Shown here piece after piece: positions 52,966 through 63,753 of a stretch of 64,000 nt of DNA. The stretch is from Eubacteriales bacterium (GTDB lineage Bacteria > Bacillota > Clostridia > Oscillospirales > QAKW01), in assembly GCA_045636365.1 (NCBI GenBank), contig JAZTXG010000031.1, positions 6,121 through 70,120 on the forward strand, in the 5' to 3' direction. The position numbers were made by a program, and so were the translations under genes. Numbering within the stretch: the stretch's first letter is position 1; each line of letters starts with the position of its first letter. The notes below the pieces were generated by a model, which had not been told where the DNA came from, made no database searches, and worked only from the letters and a program-made list of their open reading frames with translations.

Positions 52966-54018
52966 TTATTTGTTTTTTAAATCATTCCAAAGGGAATTAT
53001 AGAGCTCCAAGGTCTCTTGGGGCAGGTGGTCGTAAACTTCCGATTTTCGAATAATTTCCGCATCGGGATAGGCGATGGGATCGTTCTTGATCTCCTCGGG
53101 CAGCGCATCGTAGACCTGCTGCTGGGGGGTGGAATAGGCGGTGAAATCGCGGTTCATTTCGGCGATATCCTGCCGGCAAAGGAAGTTGATGTATTTTTCT
53201 GCTGCTTCCTTATTGGGCGCGTCCTTCACAATGCAGACGCAATCGATAAACCGATTGGTGCCTTCTTCGGGGAAGACACAGGCAAGATCGGGATTTTCCC
53301 CCATCATCGAGATGGCATCGCCGCCATAGGCGGGGCAGAGGGCGGCAGAGCCGCTTTCCATCTTGCCGAAAATATCGTCCGAAACATAGGCCTGCAAAAG
53401 ATCCTTTTGCTTCATCAGTTCGTCGTTGGCGACCCGCAGCTCGGCTTCGCTGGTGGTGTTCAAAGAGCAGCCGTTGCGCAGCAGCGAGACCCCTAAGGTA
53501 TCGCGGGAGTTATTATACATTAAGATCCGCCCTTGATATTGCTCGTCCCAGAGGGCATCCCAGCTGGTGGGGGTTTCTTTCACGATCTTGGTATTATAAA
53601 GCAGCCCCACCATTCCCCAAGTGTAGGGAACCGAATATTGGTTGCCCGCATCATAATCCAGATTCTTAAAATCCTTCATAATATATTGGAAGTTGGGAAC
53701 GTTGTCAAAATTGATGGGCTCCAGCATATCCTCGGCAATCATCCGCCCCACCATATAGTCGGAAGGGAAGACAACATCGTAGGTGCCGGGCGCGTTTTTG
53801 ACAACGGCATACATGGATTCATTGTTGTCATAAATCTTATAAATGACCTTGATGCCGGTCTCCTGCTCAAAAAGCTCGTTGACCTGCTCATCCATATATT
53901 CGCCCCAGTTATAGACATATAAAACCTCGTTGGGCTCATATTGCTTGCAGCCGCTCAAGGGCAAAAGCAGCAATACCACTGCCATCGCCAGAGCCACCAA
54001 GCGTTTGGCTCGATTCAT
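52966..54018 (-). CDS. potD: spermidine/putrescine ABC transporter substrate-binding lipoprotein
   Basis: Has lipobox LPLSGC and PotD-like motifs (YVYNWGEY, VFPSDY, YTWG). Last gene of a potABCD-ordered operon. Confidence 0.9.
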   Translation of the reverse strand: MNRAKRLVALAMAVVLLLLPLSGCKQYEPNEVLYVYNWGEYMDEQVNELFEQETGIKVIYKIYDNNESMYAVVKNAPGTYDVVFPSDYMVGRMIAEDMLEPINFDNVPNFQYIMKDFKNLDYDAGNQYSVPYTWGMVGLLYNTKIVKETPTSWDALWDEQYQGRILMYNNSRDTLGVSLLRNGCSLNTTSEAELRVANDELMKQKDLLQAYVSDDIFGKMESGSAALCPAYGGDAISMMGENPDLACVFPEEGTNRFIDCVCIVKDAPNKEAAEKYINFLCRQDIAEMNRDFTAYSTPQQQVYDALPEEIKNDPIAYPDAEIIRKSEVYDHLPQETLELYNSLWNDLKNK

Positions 54019-54809
54019 CAGATGCGTTCCTCTCTTTTTTTATTGCCATCCTTCTTTTGAGGAAGATTGGCAAGGATCAGAATAATTAAAACAACTAAGA
54101 CCATCACACCGCAAAGGGCGTTCATCGAAAGATCGATGCGGACCTTGGTGGTGGAATAGATCATGGTGGCCAAGGTTTCCACCTCCACACCCTTTAAGAA
54201 GAAGGTGATAACAAAATCATCCACCGAAAGGGTGAGCGCCATCATAAAGCCGGAGATAATACCGGGCATAATCTGGGGCAAGATCGCCTTGCGGAAGGCA
54301 AGAGCGGGGGAGGCGCCCAGATCCAGCGCCGCTTCGTAGATGGAAGAATCCACCTGCCGCAGCTTGGGGCTAACTGCCAAGATGACATAGGGGATATTAA
54401 AGGTGATGTGCGCCAGCAATACCGGACCATAGCCCAAGGTGATGCCAAAGATGGAAAAGAGCAGCATCAGCGAAACACCGGTGATGATATCGGGGTTTAA
54501 TACCGGAATGTAGGTCACATTCATCACCGCGTTGCGTTGCCATTTGCGTAACCGCTGAATACCGATGGCGGCCATCGTTCCGATGATGGTCGCCACCACC
54601 GAAGAGATGGCGGCGATGATCAGCGTATTAAGCAGCGCTTGCATAATCTCTTCATCGCGGAAGAGGTTCACATAATTTTGCAGCGTAAAGCCACTGAAAA
54701 TAACCTTGGATTTGCCTTCGTTGAAGGAAAAGAAGATCAGGTAGGCAATCGGCAGATAAAGGAAGCCGAAGACCAGCGCCATATAGCTTTTTTCAAAAAA
54801 CTTTCTCAT
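54018..54809 (-). CDS. potC: spermidine/putrescine ABC transporter permease
   Basis: Six TM helices and the EAA loop YEAALDLGASPALAFRKAILP. Confidence 0.9.
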   Translation of the reverse strand: MRKFFEKSYMALVFGFLYLPIAYLIFFSFNEGKSKVIFSGFTLQNYVNLFRDEEIMQALLNTLIIAAISSVVATIIGTMAAIGIQRLRKWQRNAVMNVTYIPVLNPDIITGVSLMLLFSIFGITLGYGPVLLAHITFNIPYVILAVSPKLRQVDSSIYEAALDLGASPALAFRKAILPQIMPGIISGFMMALTLSVDDFVITFFLKGVEVETLATMIYSTTKVRIDLSMNALCGVMVLVVLIILILANLPQKKDGNKKREERI

Positions 54810-55600
54810 AGCAGCCCCTCCTTGGTCTCCTCATCCAGCGCACTGAAGATGATCAGAATAAAGAGGATCAGGAGCAGCATCACCAAGCTGATCGCCGCGC
54901 CCACATTGGGGTTATACACCTGCAGGAACTGCTCTTGAATGACATTACCGATCAGGTTGTGCTTGGCACCGCCTAATTTTTCGGAGATGACAAAGGTGGA
55001 GATGGTTGGAACAAAGACCATAATGATGCCGCTGCCGATACCGGGCATGGTGAGCGGCAAAATCACCTTGCGGAAGACATTGAAGCGATTGGCGCCTAAA
55101 TCTTCCGCCGCTTCAATGACCCGCTGATCCAATTTTTCCAAAGAGGTATAGATCGGCAGAACCATAAAGGGCAAATAGTTATAAATTAAGCCCAAAACCA
55201 CCGCAAAGGGATTGTTGCTGATCTGCAGGGGGATATCTGCGACCCGCAGCCAATTTTGCAAAAGATCCAAAAGATCCTGCATCGCCTGGGTGCGCAGAAC
55301 AAAATTGATCCACATCGGCAGCATCAGCAAGATCATCAGCATGGTTTTGGTCCGCTCCGATTGCTGCGCCATAAAATAAGCCAGCAGATAGCCCAAGACC
55401 AGGCAGCATACGGTGGCGACCAAGGCATAAAGCACCGAGCGCAGCATCACCGGCCAGTATTTCCCGATCTGGACAATGTTGTCCAGCGTGAAATTCCCTT
55501 GAGCATCGGTAAAGGCGCTGTAGGCAATCATCAGAAGCGGAACAACGATGAATACCGCCGCCCATACATAGTATGGAACCGCAATTAACTTTTTTTTCAA
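54806..55600 (-). CDS. potB: spermidine/putrescine ABC transporter permease
   Basis: Six TM helices and the EAA loop [21 protein letters not shown]. Confidence 0.9.
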   Translation of the reverse strand: MKKKLIAVPYYVWAAVFIVVPLLMIAYSAFTDAQGNFTLDNIVQIGKYWPVMLRSVLYALVATVCCLVLGYLLAYFMAQQSERTKTMLMILLMLPMWINFVLRTQAMQDLLDLLQNWLRVADIPLQISNNPFAVVLGLIYNYLPFMVLPIYTSLEKLDQRVIEAAEDLGANRFNVFRKVILPLTMPGIGSGIIMVFVPTISTFVISEKLGGAKHNLIGNVIQEQFLQVYNPNVGAAISLVMLLLILFILIIFSALDEETKEGLL

Positions 55601-56646
55601 TTTACGGTACCCGCCTCCTTTTTCATAATATGGATATATTCGGGAATGATCTTCATTCCGATTTTATCGCCGGGTTCGCGGCATTTGATGGAATGGATCT
55701 TCCAAAGGAAGTTCTCAGAGCGCACCATCATTTCATAATGCACACCCTTGAAGGTGACCGTCTCCACCGTGCCGCAGAGCATTTCGTTTGCCGCATCCAG
55801 AATTTCAATATCCTCGGGGCGGACAACCACATCCACATCGACATTCTCGCCAAAGCCCGCATCCACGCAGGGGAACTCAATTCCTTCAAATTCCACCAGA
55901 TAATCGCGGATCATCTTGCCGCCGAGGATGTTGCTTTCGCCGATAAAGTCGGCGACAAAGGGGTTGGCAGGCTCGTTATAAATATCTTCGGGGGTGCCGA
56001 TCTGCTGGATCAGCCCGTCTTTCATGACAACGACAGTATCGCTCATGGTCAGCGCTTCTTCCTGATCGTGGGTAACATAGATGAAGGTGATGCCCATCTG
56101 CCGCTGGATCCGCAAAAGCTCGTTCTGCATCCCCTTGCGCAGCTTGAGATCCAAGGCGCCCAAAGGCTCATCCAAAAGCAGAACCTTGGGGTTATTGACC
56201 AAAGCGCGCGCGATGGCGACCCGCTGCTGCTGACCGCCCGAAAGGGAAGAAACATTGCGCTTTTCATAGCCCTTGAGGTTGACCAGCGCCAGCATCTCTT
56301 TCACCCGCTTTTCGATCTCTTCTTCGGGGGTCTTGGAGATGCGTAAGCCAAAGGCGATGTTTTCATAAACATTATAATGGGGGAAGAGGGCATACCGCTG
56401 GAAAACTGTATTGACCTGGCGCTTATGAGCGGGCAGCTTGCTGATATCCTGCCCTTCAAATAAAACGCATCCCTCTTGCGGCTGAACAAAGCCGGCAATC
56501 GTCCGTAAGGTGGTGGTCTTGCCGCAGCCCGAAGGACCCAGCAGGGTGACAAATTCCTTATCCTTGATCGCCAGATTAAAGTGATCCAAAATCACTTCGC
56601 CGTCAAAAGAAACATGAATGTTTTTCAGTTCAATAATGTTTTTCAA
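55597..56646 (-). CDS. potA: spermidine/putrescine ABC transporter ATP-binding protein
   Basis: Has Walker [10 protein letters not shown], the signature [10 protein letters not shown], Walker B LLLDEP and a C-terminal TOBE-like domain. The start codon is TTG. Confidence 0.95.
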   Translation of the reverse strand: MKNIIELKNIHVSFDGEVILDHFNLAIKDKEFVTLLGPSGCGKTTTLRTIAGFVQPQEGCVLFEGQDISKLPAHKRQVNTVFQRYALFPHYNVYENIAFGLRISKTPEEEIEKRVKEMLALVNLKGYEKRNVSSLSGGQQQRVAIARALVNNPKVLLLDEPLGALDLKLRKGMQNELLRIQRQMGITFIYVTHDQEEALTMSDTVVVMKDGLIQQIGTPEDIYNEPANPFVADFIGESNILGGKMIRDYLVEFEGIEFPCVDAGFGENVDVDVVVRPEDIEILDAANEMLCGTVETVTFKGVHYEMMVRSENFLWKIHSIKCREPGDKIGMKIIPEYIHIMKKEAGTVN

Positions 56647-56689
56647 CGCTGTTTTCCCAACCTTTATAAATAATAATATTTCAGTTTAT

Positions 56690-56718
56690 AATATAATCAC
56701 TTCCATGCGGTTTGTCAA
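56690..56718 (-). promoter_or_regulatory. putative sigma-A promoter of potABCD
   Basis: On the minus strand: TTGACA (56718-56713), 17-nt spacer, TATATT (56695-56690). Confidence 0.55.
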
Positions 56719-56814
56719 TAAATTTCTTCAAAAAAAGTCATATTTTTTCGTAAAAAATCAAAATATTCCTGCAAAAGGCAATGTCCAAACCGAGCGGCTT
56801 TGCCGTATTCTTTC

Positions 56815-56844
56815 AAATGCTCTGAAATGCTCTTAAATGCTTTG
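56815..56844. repeat. 10-bp tandem direct repeat x3 (aaatgctctg / aaatgctctt / aaatgctttg)
   Basis: Three contiguous units at 56815, 56825 and 56835, about 100-130 bp upstream of the pot -35. Confidence 0.9.
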
Positions 56845-56881
56845 ATTTCCTCGAATTTTTATGTTTTTGCATATTTTGGAT

Positions 56882-56910
56882 AAAAAAAGCAGCCCGATGG
56901 GCTGCTTTTA
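56882..56910 (-). terminator. Rho-independent terminator after sigE
   Basis: Minus-strand stem aaaagcagccc / gggctgctttt followed by a T-run. Confidence 0.8.
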
Positions 56911-57636
56911 TATATTTTTTTCGATTTCTCGTTTGAGCCGCGCGATGATCTTTTTTTCCAGTCGGGAGATATAGGATTGGGAGATGCCAAGGATATCCGC
57001 CACCTCCTTTTGGGTCATCTCCCGATACCCGCCCAGCCCGAAGCGCATCTCCATAATCATCCGCTCCCGCAGGGGGATATGCTCCAGCGCAGCGTGCAGA
57101 ATCTGCCGCTCGATATCTTCCTCTAAATTCCGCGAGACGCTATCGGCATCGGTACCTAAAATATCCGAAAGTAAAAGCTCGTTGCCGTCCCAATCCACAT
57201 TGAGGGGTTCATCCAATGAAACTTCGGAGCGCTGGGCGTGGTTTTTGCGCAGGAACATTAGAATTTCATTTTCGATGCAGCGGGAAGCGTAGGTTGCCAG
57301 CTTGATATTTTTATCCGAACGAAAGGTATGAATGGCCTTGATCAGCCCGATGGAGCCGATGGAGATGAGATCGTCGGCGGCGATGCCGGTGTTTTCAAAT
57401 CGCTTGGCGATATAAACCACCAGCCGTAGATTATGCTCGATCAGCTTTTGAGAGGCATAGGCTTCTCCTTGGTCCAAAGCCTCAATGAATTGCCGCTCCT
57501 CCTCGGCGGAAAGGGGCGGCGGCAGGGTGATATAGCCGTTGGCATAGTGGACCTTCCCTGCCAAGCGGTGCAGAAGTTTGGCAAGGGCGGGGTGATACAT
57601 TAAGTAATAGCGCAGAATGTTCATAAGTTGCTCCAA
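56908..57636 (-). CDS. sigE: sporulation sigma factor SigE (pro-sigma-E)
   Basis: Closely parallels B. subtilis SigE: an N-terminal pro-sequence, then ..LPPPLS.EEE.., [55 protein letters not shown] and [14 protein letters not shown]. Confidence 0.9.
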   Translation of the reverse strand: MEQLMNILRYYLMYHPALAKLLHRLAGKVHYANGYITLPPPLSAEEERQFIEALDQGEAYASQKLIEHNLRLVVYIAKRFENTGIAADDLISIGSIGLIKAIHTFRSDKNIKLATYASRCIENEILMFLRKNHAQRSEVSLDEPLNVDWDGNELLLSDILGTDADSVSRNLEEDIERQILHAALEHIPLRERMIMEMRFGLGGYREMTQKEVADILGISQSYISRLEKKIIARLKREIEKNI

Positions 57637-58472
57637 TCTCTATGTAGTAGTGCTTGAAAACGTCCGTCGGGGGAAAGGGGCTGCAGGGTAATGCCGATCA
57701 GCGCATCCCGCTCCACCTGATCGATTTGCAGGCTTTGGGGAGAAAAGGCATAAATCAATCGGCGGGCGCCGGTGGCATCGGTATAGGGTAATAGCCGCAG
57801 CTTTAAGCGGGGGAACTGCTTGGAAAGGCGGGGGAGCGCCGCGGTATCGCTATGTAAAATCGCTTGCAGCAGTTCTTCCGGCAGGGAAAGGCAATCCCAT
57901 TGGCAGAGGATGACCGGCTTTAAGGAGATGGGATCATAAAGGGAATTGCCGGTATCCAAAAGGGCGAGCAGATTCTGCCCATCCACGGTCAGGGTGTGGA
58001 GAAAGGATTTCTCTTTCCGCAGATTGAGCAGATGGAAAAAGCCGCGGGTCACCCCATAAAACCCAAAGGAGAGCAAAAGCAGCAGCCAAAGGGGCAGATC
58101 CATATAATAAACACCATTGGAGGCGCGGATATGGCTGCCCGCATCGGTGAAGGCATAAAAGGCATACATCCCGCCCCCAAAGAGCAGGTGGGCGGCAAAA
58201 TAGATCAGCGCGGTCCGCCCGTAGGAGAGCAGCCGCTCGAAGGGAAAGGCCAAAAGCAGGATGGCGGCAGGCACCGCCAATTTCAAAAGCAGCATCACCG
58301 CGAGGGGCAGGCGGGCAAAAAAGAGCAGGCAGCCAAAAAGCGCCCCCACCGCCGCCGCGGTGAGCAGCCGCCAAGGGGTCAGCTTGCGGGCAGCAATCAA
58401 GGCGGTGGTGGCCAGCAGCAGGGTATCCATAATAAAATTGGTGAAGAATAAAATGTCAACGTAAATAACCAT
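57621..58472 (-). CDS. spoIIGA: sigma-E processing aspartic protease SpoIIGA
   Basis: Has the [20 protein letters not shown] start, five TM helices and the LLDTGN aspartic protease motif. Lies immediately upstream of sigE and overlaps it. Confidence 0.88.
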   Translation of the reverse strand: MVIYVDILFFTNFIMDTLLLATTALIAARKLTPWRLLTAAAVGALFGCLLFFARLPLAVMLLLKLAVPAAILLLAFPFERLLSYGRTALIYFAAHLLFGGGMYAFYAFTDAGSHIRASNGVYYMDLPLWLLLLLSFGFYGVTRGFFHLLNLRKEKSFLHTLTVDGQNLLALLDTGNSLYDPISLKPVILCQWDCLSLPEELLQAILHSDTAALPRLSKQFPRLKLRLLPYTDATGARRLIYAFSPQSLQIDQVERDALIGITLQPLSPDGRFQALLHRDWSNL

Positions 58473-58579
58473 GGGCTAAGTATAGCATCCCCCAAAAAGA
58501 AATGTTGTCGAAACAAGAGAGCAGAAAAAATATTGTAAAATCTTATTATTTATGATAAACTAAAAGATAAGTATATAAA

Positions 58580-59536
58580 ATGGAGAATTATGCCTTGGAT
58601 TATCGTAAAATTGCCTATGAAATTGAAGAGCAGGATGCAGGCAGAACCGTTCTTTCCTTTTTGAAAGAGCGGGGATTTTCCGCGCGCGTTCTGGCGGGCT
58701 TAAAGCGTAATCCTTACGGCATTACCATCGGCCGAAAGCGGGTCACAGTGCAAAAGCAACTCAAAAAAGGGGATCTGCTCACCGTGCGGATCGTCAACCG
58801 TGAAAGTCAGGTGGATAACGCGCATATTCAACCGGTGGATCTGCCCCTTTCGGTTCTCTATGAGGATGAAGACCTTTTGGTGGTGGATAAGCCCCCCAAA
58901 TTGGCAACCCACCCGTCGCTGGGCAACCATGGCGCCACCTTGGCGGGCGCGGTCGCCTATTATCTGCGGGGCAGAGAATTTGTTTTCCGCCCGGTCCACC
59001 GCTTGGATAAGGATACCAGCGGCGCAATTTTGCTGGCGAAAAATGCCCATAGCGCGGGGGTGTTGGGGGAAGATTTAAAGAAGAATCAGGTGGTTCGCAC
59101 CTATCTTGCCATTCTGCAAGGAACCTTGCCCCAAAAGCAAGGAACGGTGGATGCCCCCATCGCGCGGATGCCCGGCTCGGTGCTGGCGCGTAGGGTCGAT
59201 CCTCAAGGGGATGGGGCGATCACTCATTATAAGGTATTGGCAGAGGGCGAGGGCTATAGCCTGGTTCATCTCAAATTAGATACCGGCCGTACCCATCAGA
59301 TCCGTGTCCATATGGCGCATTTAGGCGCGCCGGTGGCAGGGGATTTCCTTTATGGGCAGGAGGATGCCGCGTTAGGCAGGCAGGCATTGCACTCGGCATC
59401 GATTGCCTTTGCCCATCCCATCACCAAGCGTGCGATTGCTCTGCGTTGCCCGCTGCCCCAAGATTTAAATGATTTTATAAAGAGTAAAAATATTCTCTGG
59501 AACGAAGGAGATTTTGATGAAACTTTTGATATTTGA
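58580..59536 (+). CDS. RluA/RluD-family pseudouridine synthase
   Basis: Has an S4-like N-terminus, the catalytic motif HRLDKDTSG and GRTHQIRVH. Confidence 0.88.
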   Translation: MENYALDYRKIAYEIEEQDAGRTVLSFLKERGFSARVLAGLKRNPYGITIGRKRVTVQKQLKKGDLLTVRIVNRESQVDNAHIQPVDLPLSVLYEDEDLLVVDKPPKLATHPSLGNHGATLAGAVAYYLRGREFVFRPVHRLDKDTSGAILLAKNAHSAGVLGEDLKKNQVVRTYLAILQGTLPQKQGTVDAPIARMPGSVLARRVDPQGDGAITHYKVLAEGEGYSLVHLKLDTGRTHQIRVHMAHLGAPVAGDFLYGQEDAALGRQALHSASIAFAHPITKRAIALRCPLPQDLNDFIKSKNILWNEGDFDETFDI

Positions 59537-61991
59537 CGGCAACTCCATCTTGAACCGCGCCTATTATGCCATCCGCGCGCTCTCCACCAAGGATGGCCGC
59601 CCCACCAACGGCATCTTCGGCTTTTTAAAGCTTTACCATAAATATTTTGAAATTTCCAAGCCCGATATGGTGGCGGTCTCCTTTGATTTAAGGGAAAAGA
59701 CCTTCCGCCATAAAATGTATGCCGATTATAAGGCGCAGCGCAAGGGAATGCCGGAAGATCTGGCCGCGCAGGTGGAACCGCTCAAAGCGGTGCTGCGGGC
59801 GATGAATGTTCCTATTTTGGAGCTGGCCGGCTATGAAGCGGATGATATTATCGGTACCGTCAGCCGCTATTGCTGCGAGCAGGGCTGGGAATGTGATATT
59901 GTCTCGGGCGATCGGGATGATTTCCAGCTGGCGGATGCAGGGGTGCGGATTTTGATGCCAGTTACCCGCGCAGGCGGCAGCGAGATGGAGATCTACGATA
60001 CCGCCGCGGTGAAGGAAAAATACGGCTTGAACCCCGCCCAGCTGATCGATGTCAAGGCGATCCAAGGGGATACCTCCGATAATATTAAAGGTGTGGCAGG
60101 CATCGGCGAAAAAGGTGCATTGGATCTGATCCAAACCTATGGCTCGCTGGATGAGGTGTATGCCCATCTGGAAGAGATTAAACCCGCTTTGCGTAATAAA
60201 TTAGAAGCAAGCAAAGAGATGGCCTACCTATCCTACGATTTGGCCAAAATCTGCCGCGAAGTGCCCATCGAATTGGATGAGCAGGTCTTGAAGGTGGCGG
60301 AGTTTAATACCGCCGAGCTGGCAGCCTTGCTGCAGGATCTGGAGCTGGAGAGCATCGCATCGCTGTTTGCGGTGCGCGCCCCCGAGCAATATGAAAAGCC
60401 CGAGCGGATGCAAGGCAAAGCTGCCGACTATTTGGATTATTTCAAAGAAAACGGTCTTTATTTTATTAAGACCGATGGGTTTTATGCCCGCTATCAGGAT
60501 CGGGTTGTGCTGCTGGAAGACGGCGAGACCTTGCTAGGTCAGGTGGAAAATATCTTTACCTACGATGCCAAGCAGTTTTATAGCTTGGACTTTCGCGGTG
60601 TTCCCTATTTTGATTGTATGATTGCCGCCTATGTGGCGGATCCGGGCGATAAATACGACCTGCCCCATCTGCTGAAAAAATATCTTGGAAAAAACGCTGA
60701 AACCGCCGAAGATTGCGTGGCATTGCTGCCCGCTTTGTGCGAGGCGTTGATGGCAACGATTCGCGAAAATGGGCAGGAAGCGCTGCTCTTCGATGTGGAA
60801 CTGCCGCTGACGGTCGTCTTGGCGGATATGGAGCAGCGGGGCTTTGCGGTGGACCGCGCCCGCCTGACCGAATATAATGCCAAATTGGCGGACCATATCA
60901 GCGAATTGGAGCAGGAGATCCGCGCTCTGGCAGGGGAAGATTTTAATCTCAATTCCCCCAAGCAGTTGGGGGAGATCCTCTTTGTCAAGATGGGCTTAAA
61001 GGGTGGTAAAAAGACCAAGACCGGCTATTCCACCAATGCGGATGTCTTGGAAAAACTCAAGGACGAGCCCATTGTCGCCAAGATTTTGGAATACCGCAAA
61101 TATGCCAAATTACATTCCACCTACGGCGAAGGGCTATTGAAACTGATTGAGGAAGATGGCCGCATCCGCACCACCTATAACCAAGCCGTCACCCAGACCG
61201 GAAGAATTTCCTCCTCCGAGCCCAACCTGCAGAATATCCCTGTCCGCGATGCGCTGGGCAGAGAACTGCGGCGGATGTTTATCGCAGGCAGCGAAGACCG
61301 CATCCTGCTGGATGCCGACTATTCTCAAATCGAGCTGCGGGTGCTGGCGCATATCGCCAAGGACGAGACGATGATCCGTGCTTTTCGTGAGCGGGAGGAT
61401 ATCCATACCGTCACCGCCGCCACCGTCTTCGGCGTTCCTGCCTTTATGGTCACCGCGGAGATGCGGCGGCAGGCCAAGGCGGTCAATTTCGGGATTGTAT
61501 ACGGCATTTCCGATTTTTCCTTGGCGGGAGATATCGGGGTTTCCAAAAAGGAAGCCAAGGCCTATATCGAGCAATATTTAGAGCAATACAGCGGTGTCCG
61601 CGCTTATATGAGCGGCATTGTCGAGCAGGCGAAAAAGGACGGCTATGTCACCACGCTGATGGGCCGCCGCCGTTACCTGCCGGAACTCAAATCGGCCAAT
61701 TTCATTCAGCGCTCCTTCGGGGAGCGGGTGGCGCTCAATACCCCCATTCAGGGAACCGCCGCCGATATCATCAAAATCGCGATGGTACGAGTTTTTCAGG
61801 CCTTGCGTAAGGAAGGGCTGGATGCCCATCTGATTTTGCAGGTCCACGATGAATTGATTATCGAATCCTCCCGCGCCGATGCGGAGCGTGCTGCCGAGCT
61901 GCTGCAGCGGGAGATGGAAGGCGCCGCCGATCTTTCGGTCGCTATGCTGGCGGAAGTGGCGCGCGGAGAGAGTTGGTATGACTGTAAGTAA
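59517..61991 (+). CDS. polA: DNA polymerase I (5' nuclease + polymerase; 3'-5' exonuclease motifs degenerate)
   Basis: ATG at 59517 follows the RBS gaaggag. Has a 5'-3' exonuclease domain (LLIFDGNS.., GDRDDFQL, GVAGIGEKGA) and pol motifs A DYSQIELRVLAH, B RRQAKAVNFGIVYG and C QVHDEL. No DxE Exo I motif is visible. Confidence 0.96.
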   Translation: MKLLIFDGNSILNRAYYAIRALSTKDGRPTNGIFGFLKLYHKYFEISKPDMVAVSFDLREKTFRHKMYADYKAQRKGMPEDLAAQVEPLKAVLRAMNVPILELAGYEADDIIGTVSRYCCEQGWECDIVSGDRDDFQLADAGVRILMPVTRAGGSEMEIYDTAAVKEKYGLNPAQLIDVKAIQGDTSDNIKGVAGIGEKGALDLIQTYGSLDEVYAHLEEIKPALRNKLEASKEMAYLSYDLAKICREVPIELDEQVLKVAEFNTAELAALLQDLELESIASLFAVRAPEQYEKPERMQGKAADYLDYFKENGLYFIKTDGFYARYQDRVVLLEDGETLLGQVENIFTYDAKQFYSLDFRGVPYFDCMIAAYVADPGDKYDLPHLLKKYLGKNAETAEDCVALLPALCEALMATIRENGQEALLFDVELPLTVVLADMEQRGFAVDRARLTEYNAKLADHISELEQEIRALAGEDFNLNSPKQLGEILFVKMGLKGGKKTKTGYSTNADVLEKLKDEPIVAKILEYRKYAKLHSTYGEGLLKLIEEDGRIRTTYNQAVTQTGRISSSEPNLQNIPVRDALGRELRRMFIAGSEDRILLDADYSQIELRVLAHIAKDETMIRAFREREDIHTVTAATVFGVPAFMVTAEMRRQAKAVNFGIVYGISDFSLAGDIGVSKKEAKAYIEQYLEQYSGVRAYMSGIVEQAKKDGYVTTLMGRRRYLPELKSANFIQRSFGERVALNTPIQGTAADIIKIAMVRVFQALRKEGLDAHLILQVHDELIIESSRADAERAAELLQREMEGAADLSVAMLAEVARGESWYDCK

Positions 61992-62421
61992 ATTGACATC
62001 CAAAGAAATCCCCGCTGTTGCGGCTTTGGATAAAGAATTATTTTCCAAAGAGAGCTGGTCGGAGGCGGATTTTGCCGCTTCCCTTGCCGACCCCAGCCGC
62101 TTTTTCTGGGTGGCGATGGAGGGAGATACCTTGCTGGGCTTTTGCGGGCTTTCCCAAAGCTTTGAGCAGGGGGATATCCTGAATATCGGCGTTTGCCCTG
62201 ATGCCCGCGGCAAGGGAATCGGTGGTCGTTTGCTGCAGCAAGCGATGGAGACCTTCAAAGAGCAGGGCGGCAAAGAATTGTTCTTGGAGGTGCGCGCGTC
62301 CAATACCGCCGCCAAGGCGCTATATGAGAAGTTCGGATTTCGCCGAATCGGAATCCGCAAAGGTTATTATCAGCAACCCGCCGAAGATGGGTTGGTTTAT
62401 CGGTTGGAGGTATCCGAGTGA
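61978..62421 (+). CDS. rimI: ribosomal-protein-alanine N-acetyltransferase (GNAT)
   Basis: ATG at 61978 overlaps the polA stop. Has the GNAT motif A, GVCPDARGKGIGGRLL. Position before tsaD is conserved. Confidence 0.85.
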   Translation: MTVSKLTSKEIPAVAALDKELFSKESWSEADFAASLADPSRFFWVAMEGDTLLGFCGLSQSFEQGDILNIGVCPDARGKGIGGRLLQQAMETFKEQGGKELFLEVRASNTAAKALYEKFGFRRIGIRKGYYQQPAEDGLVYRLEVSE

Positions 62422-63431
62422 ATATTTTAAGTTTTGAAAGTTCCTGCGATGAGACCGCGGTCGCCATTGTCCGCGATGGGCGGGAGGTAGTGGCAAGTAC
62501 CGTCATCTCCCAGATTGATATCCATAAGGTTTATGGCGGTGTGGTTCCGGAAATTGCATCCCGCTATCATATCGAGAAAATCTCGCAGTTGACCGAAGAA
62601 TGTATCCGCCAAAGCGGGCTGTCGGAGGATGAGATTGATGCGGTGGCGGTCACCGCCGCGCCGGGGTTGATCGGCGCCTTGCTGGTGGGCTTGAATTTTG
62701 CCAAGGGCTATGCCTATGCCCGCAATCTGCCGCTGATTCCGGTCCATCATATCCGCTCCCATGTGGCGGCAAACTATTTGGCGTATCCTGAGCTCAAGCC
62801 GCCCTTTTTGGCGATGATTGTCAGCGGTGGGCATTCTCATATTGTATTGGTGAAAAATTACACCGAATATCAGATTCTCGGCCGCACCAAGGACGATGCG
62901 GCGGGGGAAGCCTTTGATAAAGGCGCGCGGGTGCTGGGTCTTCCGTACCCCGGCGGTGTCCATATGGATAAGCTCGCCAAAGAAGGCAACCCCAAAGCCA
63001 TCCAATTCCCTAAGGTGCGGTTTAAAGAAGATCCCTATGATTTCAGTTTTTCGGGGGTCAAGACCGCCATTGTCAACTATGTCCATAACGCGCGCCAAAA
63101 GGGCGAAGAACCCAACCTTGCCGATGTGGCGGCTTCTTATAGCGAAGCGGTGACCGGGATCTTGGCAGAAAACTTCCTGCGCTGCGCGAAAGACTATAAT
63201 CAAAAGACCTTGGTCATCGCCGGCGGGGTCAGCGCCAATTCCATGCTGCGGGAAAAACTGCTGGCGGGCAAGGAAGAAGACCAGCAATTATTTATGCCGC
63301 CCTTATCGCTTTGCGGTGATAATGGAGCGATGGTCGGGGCTCAGGCATATTATGAATTTAAGGCGGGAAATACGGCGGGATTAGACCTTAACGCGCTTTC
63401 TGCGTACAGTATCGAAAAACAATTATGTTAA
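62418..63431 (+). CDS. tsaD: tRNA N6-adenosine threonylcarbamoyltransferase
   Basis: GTG start (GTGA overlap with rimI). Has ESSCDETA, the metal site HHIRSH / SGGHSH, and GGVSAN. Confidence 0.96.
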   Translation: MNILSFESSCDETAVAIVRDGREVVASTVISQIDIHKVYGGVVPEIASRYHIEKISQLTEECIRQSGLSEDEIDAVAVTAAPGLIGALLVGLNFAKGYAYARNLPLIPVHHIRSHVAANYLAYPELKPPFLAMIVSGGHSHIVLVKNYTEYQILGRTKDDAAGEAFDKGARVLGLPYPGGVHMDKLAKEGNPKAIQFPKVRFKEDPYDFSFSGVKTAIVNYVHNARQKGEEPNLADVAASYSEAVTGILAENFLRCAKDYNQKTLVIAGGVSANSMLREKLLAGKEEDQQLFMPPLSLCGDNGAMVGAQAYYEFKAGNTAGLDLNALSAYSIEKQLC

Positions 63432-63724
63432 CCAAATTATTTTGCAGCCGAGTTGTTCAAAACTGTGCATAACTCTGTTCAAACTGTGAAAAAACGCGGT
63501 GTTATGAGCCTAATATGTACACAAACCTGTTGATAATGTGCAAAAAAGACGTGTATTCCATAATTCGAAAAAGTAAATTATGTAACATAAATTGTGTCGA
63601 AAAAGTCAAATTTTTAGCAAAAATTCAGTGAAAATTTACTAAAATGGCACTACCTAAAAATAACTAAAAAAGTGGTCTGAAAAATCTCCGATTTAGTGAA
63701 ATATACAAAATAATGGAGAACATC

Positions 63725-63753
63725 TTGACGAAAGAAAAAATTTCCGTTAATAT
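63725..63753 (+). promoter_or_regulatory. putative sigma-A promoter of ptsH
   Basis: TTGACG at 63725-63730, 17-nt spacer, TAATAT at 63748-63753. Confidence 0.5.

Noticed and set aside
59517-61991. DNA polymerase I lacks a recognisable Exo I (DxE) motif in its central domain.
   Set aside because: An inactive, vestigial 3'-5' exonuclease domain is common in Firmicute and Thermus PolI enzymes (Bst, Taq), so this is not unusual.
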